From Octopus sinensis (Eukaryota), in assembly GCF_006345805.1 (NCBI RefSeq), contig NC_043000.1:16306001-16370000 (forward strand): a DNA stretch of 64,000 bases, written 5' to 3'. Below, in pieces: positions 1 through 13,800 of the stretch (positions are counted from its first letter, which is position 1; each line of letters starts with the position of its first letter). Made by a program: the position numbers and the translations under genes. A model generated the notes under the pieces. It saw only the letters and a program-made list of their open reading frames with translations. It made no database searches and was not told the DNA's origin.

Positions 1-1190
1 TAGGGCAGGTGTAAGAGGCTGGATCTGGCCAGTTTGAACCTTAATGGGTTAATGAAGCATGCAACTCTTTTAACCCTCAATTGAAAATAACATGGTCGAA
101 TATAGTAAAAAGAAACAGCATCCCACAAGCATTTAGCTATGGTAACAATAGTTTTGCAGTGCAGCAAAAACGACGTTGACCATGTTTCTTGCTGCCAACG
201 TACATTCCAAGAGACATTAGACTCACTAGTTTGGAGGAGTCTACAAGAGGATTCTACCGCTTCTTTTTTAATTTTATATTAATAAGGTGTATAATTAAGA
301 CGTAATAAGTAATAGCAATCCCCAAAATGTTAATAAAAGTCCAGAGTATATTTTGAAATTTGGTTCAGTGGTAAGATCTGGAACAGAGCACCTTCCAGAA
401 ATAAAAAGAGGGCTCTAAATTTAGGATTTTCGAGAAAACTATCAATATTGCTGGACTGTATTTGTTACACAAGAAAGGTAAGCAAAACCAAATTAAACTT
501 AAATGGTGTGAAAATTAAGATAAACCAACCGGCCATGTTAATTTGTTATATTCAAAAGTAATTTTCATTTCATTTTAAAAGTCGAGAACCCTGAAAAGAA
601 TGGTGTTTCCAGCATTATCTAATGTAATGTGTTATATTTCCCTCGAATTTCAACCCACGTGAGTACTATAAATACTTCAAAACAATTGTTGATAGTCGAT
701 TCTGACCCCGTGACCATCGAAATACACGGAAATCAATTGTAAGAAGATATTTTATTAAAACAAATGCTTTTACAAACACACACTCTAGTAAAATAAAATC
801 AAAATCTTAGAGGAAGACCGTTTGAAGAGGATAATTTAGCTCCAGAGTTACAAGAATATAATCAATAGGGAAGAGAAGGCAAAAACGTAAACATAAAGCT
901 AAGTGATGATAGAGAACTGGAACCAAGCAAGAGATTCTGCGCGACGGCCACCGAAATGTAATTATGCTGCCTCAACAGATACACGTGGTGTTTATTGAAG
1001 GCGTGTTCGGGATATTTATTGAAGATTTTCAAATTTCAAAAGTAGCACTATTTTGATTAGCTTAAATATTATTGCATCATTTTAAGTTTTCTTTATGAAA
1101 ATATTATTACATAATAAAACCCATGATATATCTTGATATCAATATCTCTGCAGTTAGTTTTAAAAGTTTATTAACTAACGATGTAGATAA

Positions 1191-1335
1191 TAGAAGGTTG
1201 TCCCAAAAGTTCGTAGAAAGTCTTGGAAAATAATGGTCTTTATTTTGAGGAATAATTTTTGTTGTTTTTGTTAGTACTTGGCAAGTAAAAATTCAATTTT
1301 TGCAAGTGTTTACGAACTTTTGGGACAACCTAATA
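1191..1335. mobile_element. mariner-derived MITE
   Basis: TIR pair aggttgtcccaaaagttcgta / tacgaacttttgggacaacct, with TA at the flanks. Confidence 0.75.
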
Positions 1336-1560
1336 ATAGTAAGGAGCTTTTTTTTTTTTTGTTTAAATTCAGTAAAGGTAAAATTAAGACTTGTGTTACA
1401 TTCTATTTCAATTTTGTCGGATTGACAAAGCTTTGAATTAAAATACAATTTTAATTCTTTCGCTTATTCAATCGTCATTTTAAATTTGGAACTCAATACA
1501 AAAGAAACGATTTCTTTTGCTCTCTTCTGGTTCATAATCCAAATTAATAACAGTAAATAT

Positions 1561-1777
1561 TTAACCCTTTAGTGTTCAGATTATTCTATCAAACATAATG
1601 CTTATTGATTTGAATTAATCATGCATTATCTCATATCTTCAAGATCTTGATGGTGTAATTACTTAATGTAGAATAACATTGTAGGGTAGGTGTGAGAGCC
1701 TGGATCTGGTCAGTTTGAACAGAAAACAGATTAGCTATTTTGGCTGGATATGGCCGGTTTAAATACTAAAGGGTTAA
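1561..1777. mobile_element. TTAA-flanked (piggyBac-type) MITE, family B
   Basis: ttaa-CCCTTTAG...CTAAAGGG-ttaa. Related copies or fragments at 1-52, 19571-19685, ~41222-41423, 51130-51358 and 63965-64000. Confidence 0.8.
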
Positions 1778-2073
1778 ACCGTAACAACATTTTAAGAAAT
1801 TATTCGTGAAAATTTGAAAGCAAAAAGAGTATACCTACATTTTGTATAAGTTGTTGTTTTCCTTCTAAACCTTTCTTGATCGTCCGGGTCAAAGAAACTG
1901 GCAAATCGAAGAAAAATACAAGTAGTTTTAAGAATCAGAGTTTCATCATGCTGGGTAATTGTAATTGATTAAAGACAAGTCAATTAGAATTAAAATACAA
2001 CTTACTTTTCTTGTCACGTTTCGACTTCGGCATATTTGACGTGTTACTTGTGAATCGCACATGGACTAACGGA

Positions 2074-2565
2074 ACCGGAAGTCAGACTAATTTGAAAGGG
2101 ATGATGGAATGTACAAGTTTTTTCAGAAAACGTTGCTATATTTTAAGAAAAATATATATTTCGCTATTTATTTAATAAATAATTGAATTAAATGGATAAC
2201 TGTTGTTTAATGTTTTTATTTAGAATTTATCCTTTTATGTCACTGCCGTCGACCATGGTAACCTTGACGTCAGATCAGCCTACCCTGTCTTACAAATGGG
2301 AACCCCCTCTGAGGAGAAAGAATCTATGAGATATAAAGACCGCTTCTCTGTAGTCATCCGCAATATAGTTCCAGTCTTTCTACTTTAACTTCCAAGAATA
2401 TAATTTTGAAATTGTAAGTAAATTTTTCATCATTGAAATAGTTAAGATTTTCTACATTTATTGGCTGTTAACTATAATGAATTAATCGACATTATAAAAT
2501 TTTGACGGCGTAATAATAAATGATGTCACAGGTCTTAGTGATTGGTTCTGTGTATCCGCCATCTT
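2074..2565 (+). promoter_or_regulatory. Probable 14-3-3 promoter and 5' non-coding exon region
   Basis: CpG-richer than the flanks. Motifs: ETS ACCGGAAGT (2074-2082), X-box-like GTCGACCATGGTAAC (2248-2262), CRE TGACGTCA (2265-2272), ATTGG (2541-2545), YY1-type CCGCCATCTT (2556-2565). A donor GTAAGT at 2414 can pair with the acceptor TTCTTAG ending at 2640, four nt before the ATG. Confidence 0.55.
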
Positions 2566-2644
2566 TGTAAAAGGTGGAAGTTTAACCTTGAAATTCGTTT
2601 GTTACATCTTTGAATTTCCATTTGCTCTTACATTTCTTAGGAAA

Positions 2645-2956
2645 ATGACAGAACAGAGCGGTAACTCAAAGGAGGATTTAGTAGCGAAAGCAAAATTAGC
2701 CGAACAGGCTGAACGCTACGATGATATGGCCGTAACTATGAAAAAAGTGACAGAAAACGGAGTAGAATTGAACAACGAGGAAAGGAATTTGCTATCGGTC
2801 GCTTATAAAAATGTCGTCGGTGCACGCCGGTCATCGTGGAGAGTCATCTCCAGTATTGAATCGAAAGCAGAAAACTGTGAGAGGAAGCTTGCGATGGCTA
2901 AGCATTACCGTGAAAAGGTTGAACTAGAACTTAAAGCAATTTGTACAGAAGTATTG
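2645..2956 (+). CDS. YWHAZ: 14-3-3 protein (zeta-like), coding exon 1
   Basis: MTEQ...[14 protein letters not shown]...[28 protein letters not shown]...ICTEVL, then donor gtaagc at 2957 (phase 0). Family assignment is firm; the zeta paralog label is tentative. Confidence 0.97.
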
Positions 2957-4826
2957 GTAAGCGAGTAATTCATTTTCCTCACTTTTTTCGTCTTTCGCAT
3001 CCCCTACTTTTACTTCGTAGTCTATTATTATTATTATTATCACCTGTTTTTTTTTATTTCATTTATAAATCTCATCTCCTTTATTTCGTCTCAATTCGCT
3101 GAGTGCAAGCAGCTTGTTTAATGCCACCTAAGGAAGGGAAACCGTTCCTTTCTTAGCTACTCATTCACTCAGCATCCGCTTCATTATGCACTGCAGCCAG
3201 TCATCTCCAGACTCAATGGCTGGTTTGTTCCATCTACATCTCCCCCCGAGCTCATAAATCAACCGAAAGTAAGCAATTAAACGAAGATACGATGCTAAAA
3301 CACTTTATAAATGAATGGATATGTTATTTATTTTGCTTCTCCGTCCTGTTTGGCCATATTTCGTGGTGGTGCTATCGACCAATTCCAAGCTTCAATGCGA
3401 TGTACAATGGTATTAGAGATAATGTCTACTGCTATGTCAGTGGTACCAGTCGCCGAGTTGACTGCTACTGAATGGCGTTACAGTTGTAAGCCATTTCATC
3501 TCAAATGCCACTGATAATAATAAAAGACGTATAATTAGAATAGGAGAAGAAGAACAAAAAAAAAAACGGTTCATCTCTCATCTTTGAATCTTATTGAGCG
3601 TCGCTTGTCTGAATTATCTTGGGTTTAATAAGCATTTTATTCTCAATTATCTCTCATCTGAAATCACCCCAACTCAATGGATGATGTCGTAGATTTTTTT
3701 TTAATGTTTCTGGGGGTTCTTCAGGTTTCGGGCATCATTATATTTCATTCAGGCTCAGATTATTCTAGAAAATGTGCTTCGGTGAAAGTGGGCGGCAACA
3801 GTTCCTCGCATCGCATCCTTCCAACTCCTTTATTTATTAACACCTCAAGCTTTCTCTCCCTAAGATTTTTTTTATTTCCATCTCCCTACCTCTTCTTCTC
3901 ATTCAATTTTTGCTACTACTCGGTTTAATCGGCTCGTTTCATCGCTGAGATGGGATGGAGGGAGAAATGAGAATGGTGGTGCTTTTATCATTAAAGAAAT
4001 TTTCTGTGTGGGTTGCAGGAAGTCTTGGAATTGAGTTCGTTTGATGATATATGGTAATTAAGGAATTTCTTCAGCAGCAATGCTGTCCAATACTGAACAC
4101 TACAGCCAGATGCAGTTGAGATACTGAAATAGGTTCACAATGAATGAAGCGTTAGACCTGATTGTAAAAGATGGGATCGCATCGCTTATCCTCTTGAAAA
4201 GCGCCATATTTACCATTTATCCACATTTGTCCTATTTCCTTAAAGATTGTCTTCTATTCTTGATGTGTGTGTGTGTGTGTGTACACACACACACACACAG
4301 GTATGTGGTGATGCATTTCTTTTGCTGACCCCTCAATAATATTAAGTATTACTAGAATTTACCGTATAACGGTCCTGTTTTCATACCGAATTCTACATTG
4401 GTGAAATAATTTATTGATTACTTCGTAATTAATTAGTTTTACCCCTTAATTGCTACACACACACACACACACACACACATGTATATATATATATATATAT
4501 ATATAATTGCGTGTTTATATATTAGGATTGCACTGGCTTATTATAACATATACGCAGATCCATTTTTGCAATAACTATTGATTTCCATCTTTCGTTGCAA
4601 TGCAGTTATTTGCTGGCGTCCTCCCCCCCCCATTTGTTTCCTCGTCAATTAATTTCGAAATGTGTTGTTTAATAATGAAATTTAGGAATCATATCCGAAT
4701 CCCCGTCCCCCCCAAACCTCTTTATTATATATTTAAAACTGTTTACAGATGGTATCAGGTATCTCTGGAATGTGCTTATGGATTTAGCTTTAGATATCAC
4801 TTGTAAATAATATATACATTAATTTT

Positions 4827-5211
4827 GGCGATCTTTCGTCTCTAGTAGACCTTTCCGTCGATTTCCGTAAAAAAAATTTTTTTTTTTACATATGGGCTTG
4901 CGGGAACTTTTGAAGTAATATACATACATATACACACACACATACATATATATACACATAGACCGAGTAAAAAATTTCAGTTATCTCTTTTTTTCACACA
5001 TTACTCTGTCTCCCACACCCCATCAAACACACATGTCCATCAATGCTTCCCATGCACGGTAACTTCAAAAGAACTTCCCTCGTCATACAATCGCTTTCTC
5101 TTAGTCTCTTTCGCTCTCATTACTTCAAAAGTTCCCGCAAGCCCATATGTAAAATAAAAAAAAAATTTTACGGAAATCGACGGAAAAGTCTACTAGAGAC
5201 GAAAGATCGCC
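4827..5211. mobile_element. Fold-back MITE with ~93-bp TIRs and an 8-bp TSD
   Basis: Arms 4827-4919 and 5119-5211 are near-perfect reverse complements; ttaatttt flanks both ends. Confidence 0.85.
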
Positions 5212-6453
5212 TTAATTTTTTATACTTAATGTAGTAGTAACCTCATCCGATATTAATCTAACGTATTTGATTGTTCAGGTGATGATGGGCATTAAAAACG
5301 GTCTTTAAATTAGGATCACACGACCTCAGGTCGTTACCTAGGCAGCGTCTTATGTCTACATATGGTAGTTTTATGGTCGTCGCCGCTTATATTTTGCATT
5401 AGCAGACTTTTTAATTCGATTCTCTACACTAACTGCTGTGGTATATAATAATAAATATCGATGTTAGAATTCCCTAACATTGGGAATTATTAATTTTGTC
5501 ATTTGTAATATCGTTTTCTGTGTTTGCAAAACATCTGTTAAATGGTTTTAGTTCCGTTCAGTTGTTACTATATATACACACACACATAGGATGTCTTGAA
5601 TTTTGTGTATAGGATGCCTTTCTTTCTTTTTTTTATACCACCACTTCCATATTTCATTGTACATATGTTGTACAAAATATATTTCCCGATCGGTGGACCG
5701 TTTCCCCCTCTACGTGAAATATTTAACCACTGGTTTTTATTTACATGGATAGTAAATGAATTTCTAGAAAAAATGAAATCAGTAAGTCGCCTCCCCACCA
5801 CCACCGCCGCCGCCCTTCACCTGCGAGGGTAGTAAATTAGCTTCTCTCCAGCCTCTTAGAAATGAGGCTTTTACGTCGAATTTTAATGTTTAAATTATCA
5901 TAGTTTTGGAACGTCTGGTTTTCTCAATTCTAATTAGCAAACAAGAATCGACTTTATTAGATGAAGTTTTGTCTACATATATTTATATATTTTTTTTTAG
6001 TGGATGGAAGTTAAGGCTGTGGGCATGCTGGGACAATCAGCTTCTTTTAAACGTAGTGAATTTTTAATAGTCCTTTTCGTTTTTTTTTTCTTCTATTAAA
6101 CTTCATTTTCAATTTTAAAAATATACTGTCGTCCAAAAGATACAATTACTACTATATTCGACAAAAGCAATTGTCACTAACTCAATTTAAAAAAAAACGT
6201 TACTACAGTCGTTGTTTAAAAAAATACTGGTTTTTAAAAAATCTTTTACGTAAAACTAACATATTGAATTTAAAAATTTTTTAAACTACTCATCTTGTTT
6301 CAGAAAAATAAAGTAACTTTTAATTGGTTATATTTTTAGTTGTGATTTAGCCTTTTAAAATGCGAAAGTTATGTGGAAATTTTTTAAGCGTTTTATCAGC
6401 CTTGAGAAAATTTGTTTATATACATATCATATTGAAATTTTTTCCTTTTTAAG

Positions 6454-6577
6454 GAACTTCTTGAGAACTATTTGATATCAAAAGCATCTACTACAGAGAG
6501 CAAAGTATTTTATTTGAAAATGAAAGGCGACTATTACCGGTATCTTGCAGAGGTTGCCCAAGGTGAAGAGAGGAAAG
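6454..6577 (+). CDS. YWHAZ: 14-3-3, coding exon 2
   Basis: tttaag|[41 protein letters not shown]+G|gtgaag; 124 nt. Confidence 0.96.
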
Positions 6578-7137
6578 GTGAAGTTTAAAATGGTCTTTTT
6601 TTTTTTAATCTATGAAATGTAATACGTTTAGTACCTCAATATTTCGTCAAATGTCTCAGCTGTTCTTGTAAAGTCTTATAGATGACTCATAACATTATCA
6701 GCTTTCATTTAAGTTAGTGAGAACATTTAAGAACATTAAGGCGCATGAAAAGCGAATTAAAAATAAATGTGAAATATGCATTGATTATTTTAAATAGAAA
6801 AATCTGTTGCGGATTTTTTTATGACTTCATCAGAAAATTATGGAATTTACAAGGATTACGAAATTGATGATGAAAATCACAGTAAATATGCAGTGATTGT
6901 ACGTTGGCTACAATTGAAAATTAGACTTGTTTAGAGAATGTATCGGCTCTGTAACGCCGCCTATATGAAAGACAATAGTCGGCTCTTTTATGCACTGCTG
7001 GCTTTTTTTATTTCCATGCTGATTATGAGTAATTTCTATTTTCATATACTGCTTGTCTTATCAGAGCTCTTAAATTCAGGGGAAGTAGTCACTTTTTACT
7101 TTCTTTCTCTTAAAATCTTTTCTTATTCGTTTTCCAG

Positions 7138-7301
7138 GTGTTTTAGGGCACTCACAATGTGCATACAAAGACGCTTTTGATATTGCTAAAAACCAAATGC
7201 AACCTACACATCCAATTCGACTGGGATTGGCATTGAACTTTTCTGTATTTTATTATGAAATTCTTAATGCTCCAGAAAAAGCCTGTTGCTTAGCAAAACA
7301 A
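7138..7301 (+). CDS. YWHAZ: 14-3-3, coding exon 3
   Basis: ttccag|(G)[54 protein letters not shown]|gtgagt; 164 nt, phase consistent. Confidence 0.96.
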
Positions 7302-7385
7302 GTGAGTTATGTTTCCATGTTTTTTCTCAAAGAGTTGATTACGTATTGCTCTTTCTCTAATTTAATTCTTTTTTATATTAAATAG

Positions 7386-7700
<315 letters not shown>

Positions 7701-7775
7701 TAGCTAATGAAAATAATTTAACCACTTGGGTTTCAATATTGGTTTATTGGTATCTCTTTTTCAATTTTTTTCTAG

Positions 7776-7838
7776 CTATGGACGTCTGATACACAGTGTG
7801 GAGATGAAGAAGGTGGTGAAGGAGGAGATAATAACTGA
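7776..7838 (+). CDS. YWHAZ: 14-3-3, coding exon 5 (stop)
   Basis: ttctag|LWTSDTQCGDEEGGEGGDNN*. The joined CDS is 759 nt, or 252 aa plus stop. Confidence 0.94.
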   Translation, partial: LWTSDTQCGDEEGGEGGDNN

Positions 7839-10800
7839 GATGTGTCTGGCTGCAGCCTTCAGAACCTCATTTGGTCATGTACTAACAACCATCATCACAT
7901 ACTGTTATTACCTATACCAAGCTCAAGATGTCTTACTTTCTAGTTCTGTGAAAGCCATCTGATGGTGATATTGCTGACGATCTTTGCTGAGGCTTCAATT
8001 TGATGCCTTCTCTTGCATCAACAAATAAATTTTATTAGGAACTATTAAATTATTTAGGAATTTATTCTTAGCCCACCCATTCTTTCAGATACTTTAGTTA
8101 GAATATCAGTGTACTGTTGCCAAATATTAAAATATAAACAGGTATCTTTTTCTTTATACTATGTAGATGTGCCTGTTGGTGTTATATATGCACTTTCTTA
8201 ATGTTGCATAGTGTTTCTTCATGTGCATATATAAATTAATACACTCCTATCAAGGATTAATTAAGTTGAGCTATTTGCTAGCTTTAATGGGAAAATCTAC
8301 ATTCTTATATTTCAAGTTTAATAAGGTTCTGCTTGGTGAACTCTTCCTTTCCCCTACAGATGGTTATTGATTCCAATCAATCACTCCAGTTAAGCTACTG
8401 TTGCACTACGGGATCCAGTAGCCTCAGCAGTGCCTCACTGTATGTGCTGCTCTCTGCACACTACTGTCTTTAGCCAGCTGTAGTGTTTAAGTAGTTGTAG
8501 TATATTCTTGTACTGCAACGGTCTGCTGCATCCAGGCCAATCAGAGACTGCTATTCTAGCTAGAATTTAGCTCTATCATTGAACATATCCAAGTGTTGTG
8601 TTTTGTGTTAAAGCATGTGCAAAAGTTCTGTGGCCCAAGTACTTAAAATATATATATATATTAACAATGACCAATATTGGGGTGTGACTAGCATTGAGCC
8701 TTGTGGCCTGCTATTTCCTCAGAGGTTACTATTTTGGCATGATATGCTCTTTAAACTACATACCAAATAAATGTTCCTTTCTCCATGTGCTGTTGTCCAA
8801 TACTTTATTGGTGTGAGAATAAAAAAAAAAATCTTCATGCTTTTTACTCCCCATGCGTTTTCATCCAAATTGGTTGCTGAAGAGTTGCTAGCGAAGTTTG
8901 TCAAGATTTTGTGATAGCTGGAAAAAGAAATTCAAAATAAATTGTTGGGTAAGGTTCACATTTTTATAAAAGATTTCACTGAGTTAGATCAAACTCTGAT
9001 GTACCTAAATAAATTCAGCCTGCTTTCTGCCAATAACTTGTTCATTGAAAGTTCCTTTCTTGGTCTTAAGACTAAAAATAACAATTTAATATATTTCTTG
9101 GCACTAATTATTTTGAGTTGGCTACATAAAATCAATTCTGTGTTCTTACAATTAAAACACATTTAAGGCTGTTTTTGTTAAGCAGTACTTGTGGATTTGA
9201 CTTTTATTCTATGCTGATTCTTGCTACAAATTGTTCTCACCTCTTCCCTTTTCCCACTTGGCTATCAGTTAATCACAATTCCTTTTTCACATGAATGTTT
9301 GCTGGGAATATAAATTAAGTCATTCGTAGCAACTGCTACATTACCAAAACTTGATGTCGGGTTTTTTCCCCCTTTTCCCTTCATGATAGTGAATTTTTTA
9401 TTGTACTTGAAGCATTCGCTGGCAAGACTGTTACCGTGGAAATAATGCATTTTGTATGTTGCCATGAATTCTGAAGATTAAATTCCAACTGCAAGTTTTA
9501 GCAGTACTTAACTGAAGTGTTTATTTAATTACTGTCTGCAGAAGAAAAAAATTGAATTAGCCCTCAGTTTATTTAATGTCCAGTACCATCTTTCCATTGG
9601 AGTACGTATATTTTGTATACCATATGGATGACCTTTTTAGTCATTTGGAAGTACAGTTTGTTTTAATTTTGTTTTTTGCAGAACACACACATTACAAGTT
9701 AATAGCATCCATACATGCACACATTCAATATTCCTCTATACTCTGCTAGTGTTCAGAAAATAAAATTGCTTTTGATCAGTTAGCACAAAGAATTTTTTGT
9801 ACAATTCAGTTCAATATTTGTATTTTTCTCTTAACAGCTTTAAGAAAAGTGAAGACATCTGATAACTCAGATTGTTTTTGAAGTCTGTATGGTTGACTTA
9901 TTCATTTTTCAAATAAACTTTGCTCATAAGATAACCTGGCATTTTAACCAGCGATCCTCCTTCATTAGATTGATTTTTTTTTTTTTTTTCTTTTTTTTTT
10001 TCGACCCTTAAAGTATTTCACAGCTATTGGAGACTACAATAGGTGTCTCTTGCTAGTTTGAGGTGAGAACTTGTGCAGATTTTGGAAATATTCTTTATTG
10101 CACCAATAAGAATATGATGAAAAGAAACTAAAGCATTTTTTCTATGCTGCTCGTGTTCATATTTTTAAAAATATATACAGTTAATGTTGGGAAGAGGTAT
10201 TATACAGATCCTATCTTTAACTTTTTAAGACTATTCTTAAATTTAAGATTCTTGTGAAATCTTTATAGTTGTTGCTCACAAACTCAATTTGCATGTTGCA
10301 TTTGAAAAATGAATAAAATCAATACAAATAGTGCTCAAACCAATGTAGCACTTTTCTCTAAGTTTTCTTAGTGTTCAGTTAGATTAAAGATTTTGCTTTG
10401 AACATTTTTCTTTTTTACTCAGCCGTATAACATTCAAAACTTCTTAGATTCGTCTCTAGATGTAGGCACTGGTTTTGAAAGCAATGAATTTCACACTATT
10501 ATTTTTTCCTTCTCCAATTTGATAGTTTCTAAACATTAGATTAGTTTTTAACATTGTTAATTAATCAACTCATAATAGTTAACGAAGTTCTGAATTCTTG
10601 AAATATTTTAGTACTCTCCTCAATCCCAGTCATTTAGTGTAATATTTTTCTACTTGTCAGTTTATTCTGCTTAAAATTTAGAGTTCAGTTATGTTGGATA
10701 TATTTATAAATTTTTAACTGAATATTTACCAATCAAAATTAGTTTCAAACATTACTTTTCTGACATCTGGTTCTTATTATCATGGGTAAATGTTTATTTT

Positions 10801-13800
10801 TTAGCTTCTGCTTTTGAGTTGCTTCTTGCAAGTTACTGTAGAATTAGTACCCAAATCTCTTCTCTCCCAACCATTATTTATATTTGCATGATATTCTCAT
10901 TTAATGAAACCATTTAAAGCTTTTGATCTCAAGTGAAAATCAGTTTTAATAAAATAAAATGTTTTACCGAAAGACTTTTACTTCTTAATTCTATATTGAT
11001 GAAAATATTTTTATTTTTAATTTTTATATATTCAATAGTCTTCAGTGGTTATTCAGGCAAAGCTTTTATAGGTTTTGCTATTTGATCATTTTAAAGCTAT
11101 TTTCCATTGGCTATTTGTCTCAGTTACTGATGAAAAAAAAAAAACGAAACAATTTTTCTTCTGTGAATTCAGTTTCTTAAAGCCAAATTTAAACATGTAT
11201 TTAAAACAGATCAATTTAGTTTCATATGAAGTAAGATTTGCCTTCAAAATGACAACTTTAGCTTTGTTTACTACTTTGTCCTTATGGTTCTGGTATTTGA
11301 ACTGGCATGAGGGTCTATTTTGTAAATATGAACTTCGGGATACCAAACTTGATTATCCAACAGCAGTACTTTAACATTAAAATTTACTGGACTTAACTGA
11401 ATTAAAATCAAATGTATTATACCTAAGTTCATTTTCTAAAAAAGCATCAATAGTGATTTGAGATGTTTATAGCTTATGCTATCAAAAAGGGTTTGAATGT
11501 AGCAGCATTAGTAACTAAGGAAAATTAAGTAAAATCACCAATGTATCAATTTAATATAGTACCCTACTTGTCTTTGACTTAAAACAATATTTGACTGTAT
11601 TTCTGGTATTGTTTTCAGGTAAAATAATTTTGTGAGTTACTGGATATAATTAAATTGGGAGAGAAACTTTTAACACTGGATTTTCTGTCAGCATTATTTC
11701 AAGTGTGTATTTACTTGGTTGGCTTAACGTCCAGACGACCTGGTTGAAACAATTTCTGACTACCATGATTGTTAAATCCATTTAAAATGAAAACGAATGC
11801 TTAAAATTGTAAGCCAAGTTATTTAGTTCTGTTTTCTTGAACATTAATGGACAATTTAGAGATAGGACATATCTGCAAGTACTGTTAATTTGTCTATCAA
11901 TTAGTCTTTTTTTCCCCCCTACCAAGCTTTAGAATCTATTTTGTTTACTTGTATTCATCTTCGCAAACAACTATTTGATCTTGATATATTACTCTTCAGG
12001 TGCTGTCAATCTTTTCACATGCTACACAAAAGTGAGGTGCTATCTGTTTTGGATAACTGAACCTGTTAGTGCTATGCATACAAATTCCATATGTTGTGGA
12101 TGAGATGGTCATTAATTATACTTCAAATCTACAGATAATCATTTGAGAAGCATTCAGATCTAAATTAGAAATTCCTAACTTATCTTAGTATTGTCTTTTA
12201 GTTTCATATGAAGTAAGAATTAAAATCATTGCAATTTTATATTTTAAACACACATTTTAATAAACCCAACAATTTTTTGTTGAAAAAGAAAAAAAACTGA
12301 CTTGACATCTAATATGGCAATTGAATCCAGTTTGTGTTGGTGTTTAGAGTGGTACACCAAAATATTCTCATGTTTTCAGAATATTGGTAACTTAAGTCTT
12401 GCAACACAGCCTGTCTTCATGTTTTTTTTGTTTTACTTGCTGCCTTCACCTGATTGTAATCCTAGTGAATCTTTCATTCTGTTTGTATCTTTGAATCCAA
12501 TTTCTTAGCTGCACATCCATTCCACTGGTCATTGAGAATAAGTATGCTGTAACCTTTTTATATACTCTTTTGAAAAACAAACTTTCTACTAACCCCGTTC
12601 ATTTAAGATCCACTTTTTATTTCTCCTACATTTAAATTCACTGATACTCATTCTGTTGTGGATTACACACTATGCAATACTGATAAACTTTGACAAATAT
12701 TTTTCTCATCAGAAAAAGCCTGTGATTCTCAATTCCAGATGACTTGGAATTTTTATTTTTACACATGGTAAATTCATTTGTATTACAGAAACTGGAATTT
12801 CATTCCTTGTTTGATAGACTATGTGCATTAGTATATCTTTGGTTTTTATAATCTAACCTGCCAGGTAACTTTTAGTGGGGTCTTGCTGTCTTATTTGTGG
12901 AATGTAATAAGGTCTTGTTGCTTGGCCTCAAATTTATTCTTGTCTTAATTACATTGTCTCTTTTAATATTATACACATATCTAGTGTTAGAATTATTGCC
13001 TTGAATGTTACTTGCCTAGTTCTCTTTGCTATTATCACGTCAACTTTCTGTTGCACCCACATAACTTGGTCTGAGATTAACTGCAAGGAAGAATTGGATA
13101 CTGCATTTTACTGCACACAGGAATGGTGTCAAACATTCTTGACCTTTTTGTTTTAGATTTTCTATTTTTCAACTACTGGTGAGAAGAGATAGGCCACTGT
13201 CTGCTACCTAAGTTCTTAAGGATGATCATTAATATGAAATTTCTTTTTAAGCTCTTTTGTCATGGACTGCTTCAATTTAGTGTTTGATGCTGAATTTTGT
13301 TTTTTATGGAATTTAAAATAAAAAAAAGTCTGAGATTTACTTGTACCAACCACATTGCTGTTGATGTTGTTTTAGATTTGCATTCCTTGTTAATTTTCTG
13401 ATCTTATGGTTTCGCTTTTTTTTTTCCCCTTGTCAGAAAATGAAATCTTTTAAGTAACAAATTTGAAATATAACTTAGCAACTGTTGCAGTGAATTTACT
13501 TAATCCTGTGAACTTTTGATGATGGTTAGTTGCTTCTAATTTGCATTTAGTGACCAGGTTATAGTGCTACATTCAGTCTTAGTTTTCAAATCCAAGGAAA
13601 CATCATTGTAATTAGGCACTAACTTAAGAAAATCAATAGAATATATCAAATATATAATGGAGTAAAGATAAAAACCTGCAAATAACTTCCACAATCTATA
13701 TAATTCTAATTTTGTAGTAATTGGGTTTTTCCTCTTGGTGGGTGGGAGTGTTCAGTTCAGTCTTAGCTGTAGGTAGGACATTGATCAGTGATTACGTAAA

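Noticed and set aside
560-1020. Possible small gene or divergent first exon (CACGTG at ~656, TATAAATA at ~668, minus-strand donor-like GTGAGT near 225)
   Set aside because: No sustained ORF or recognisable homology in any frame I read, and the motifs are too short to support a call.
8426-8445. Iron-responsive element (CAGTGC) in the 14-3-3 3' region
   Set aside because: CAGTG lies in a stem (cagtg-cct-cactg), not in the apical loop as an IRE requires.
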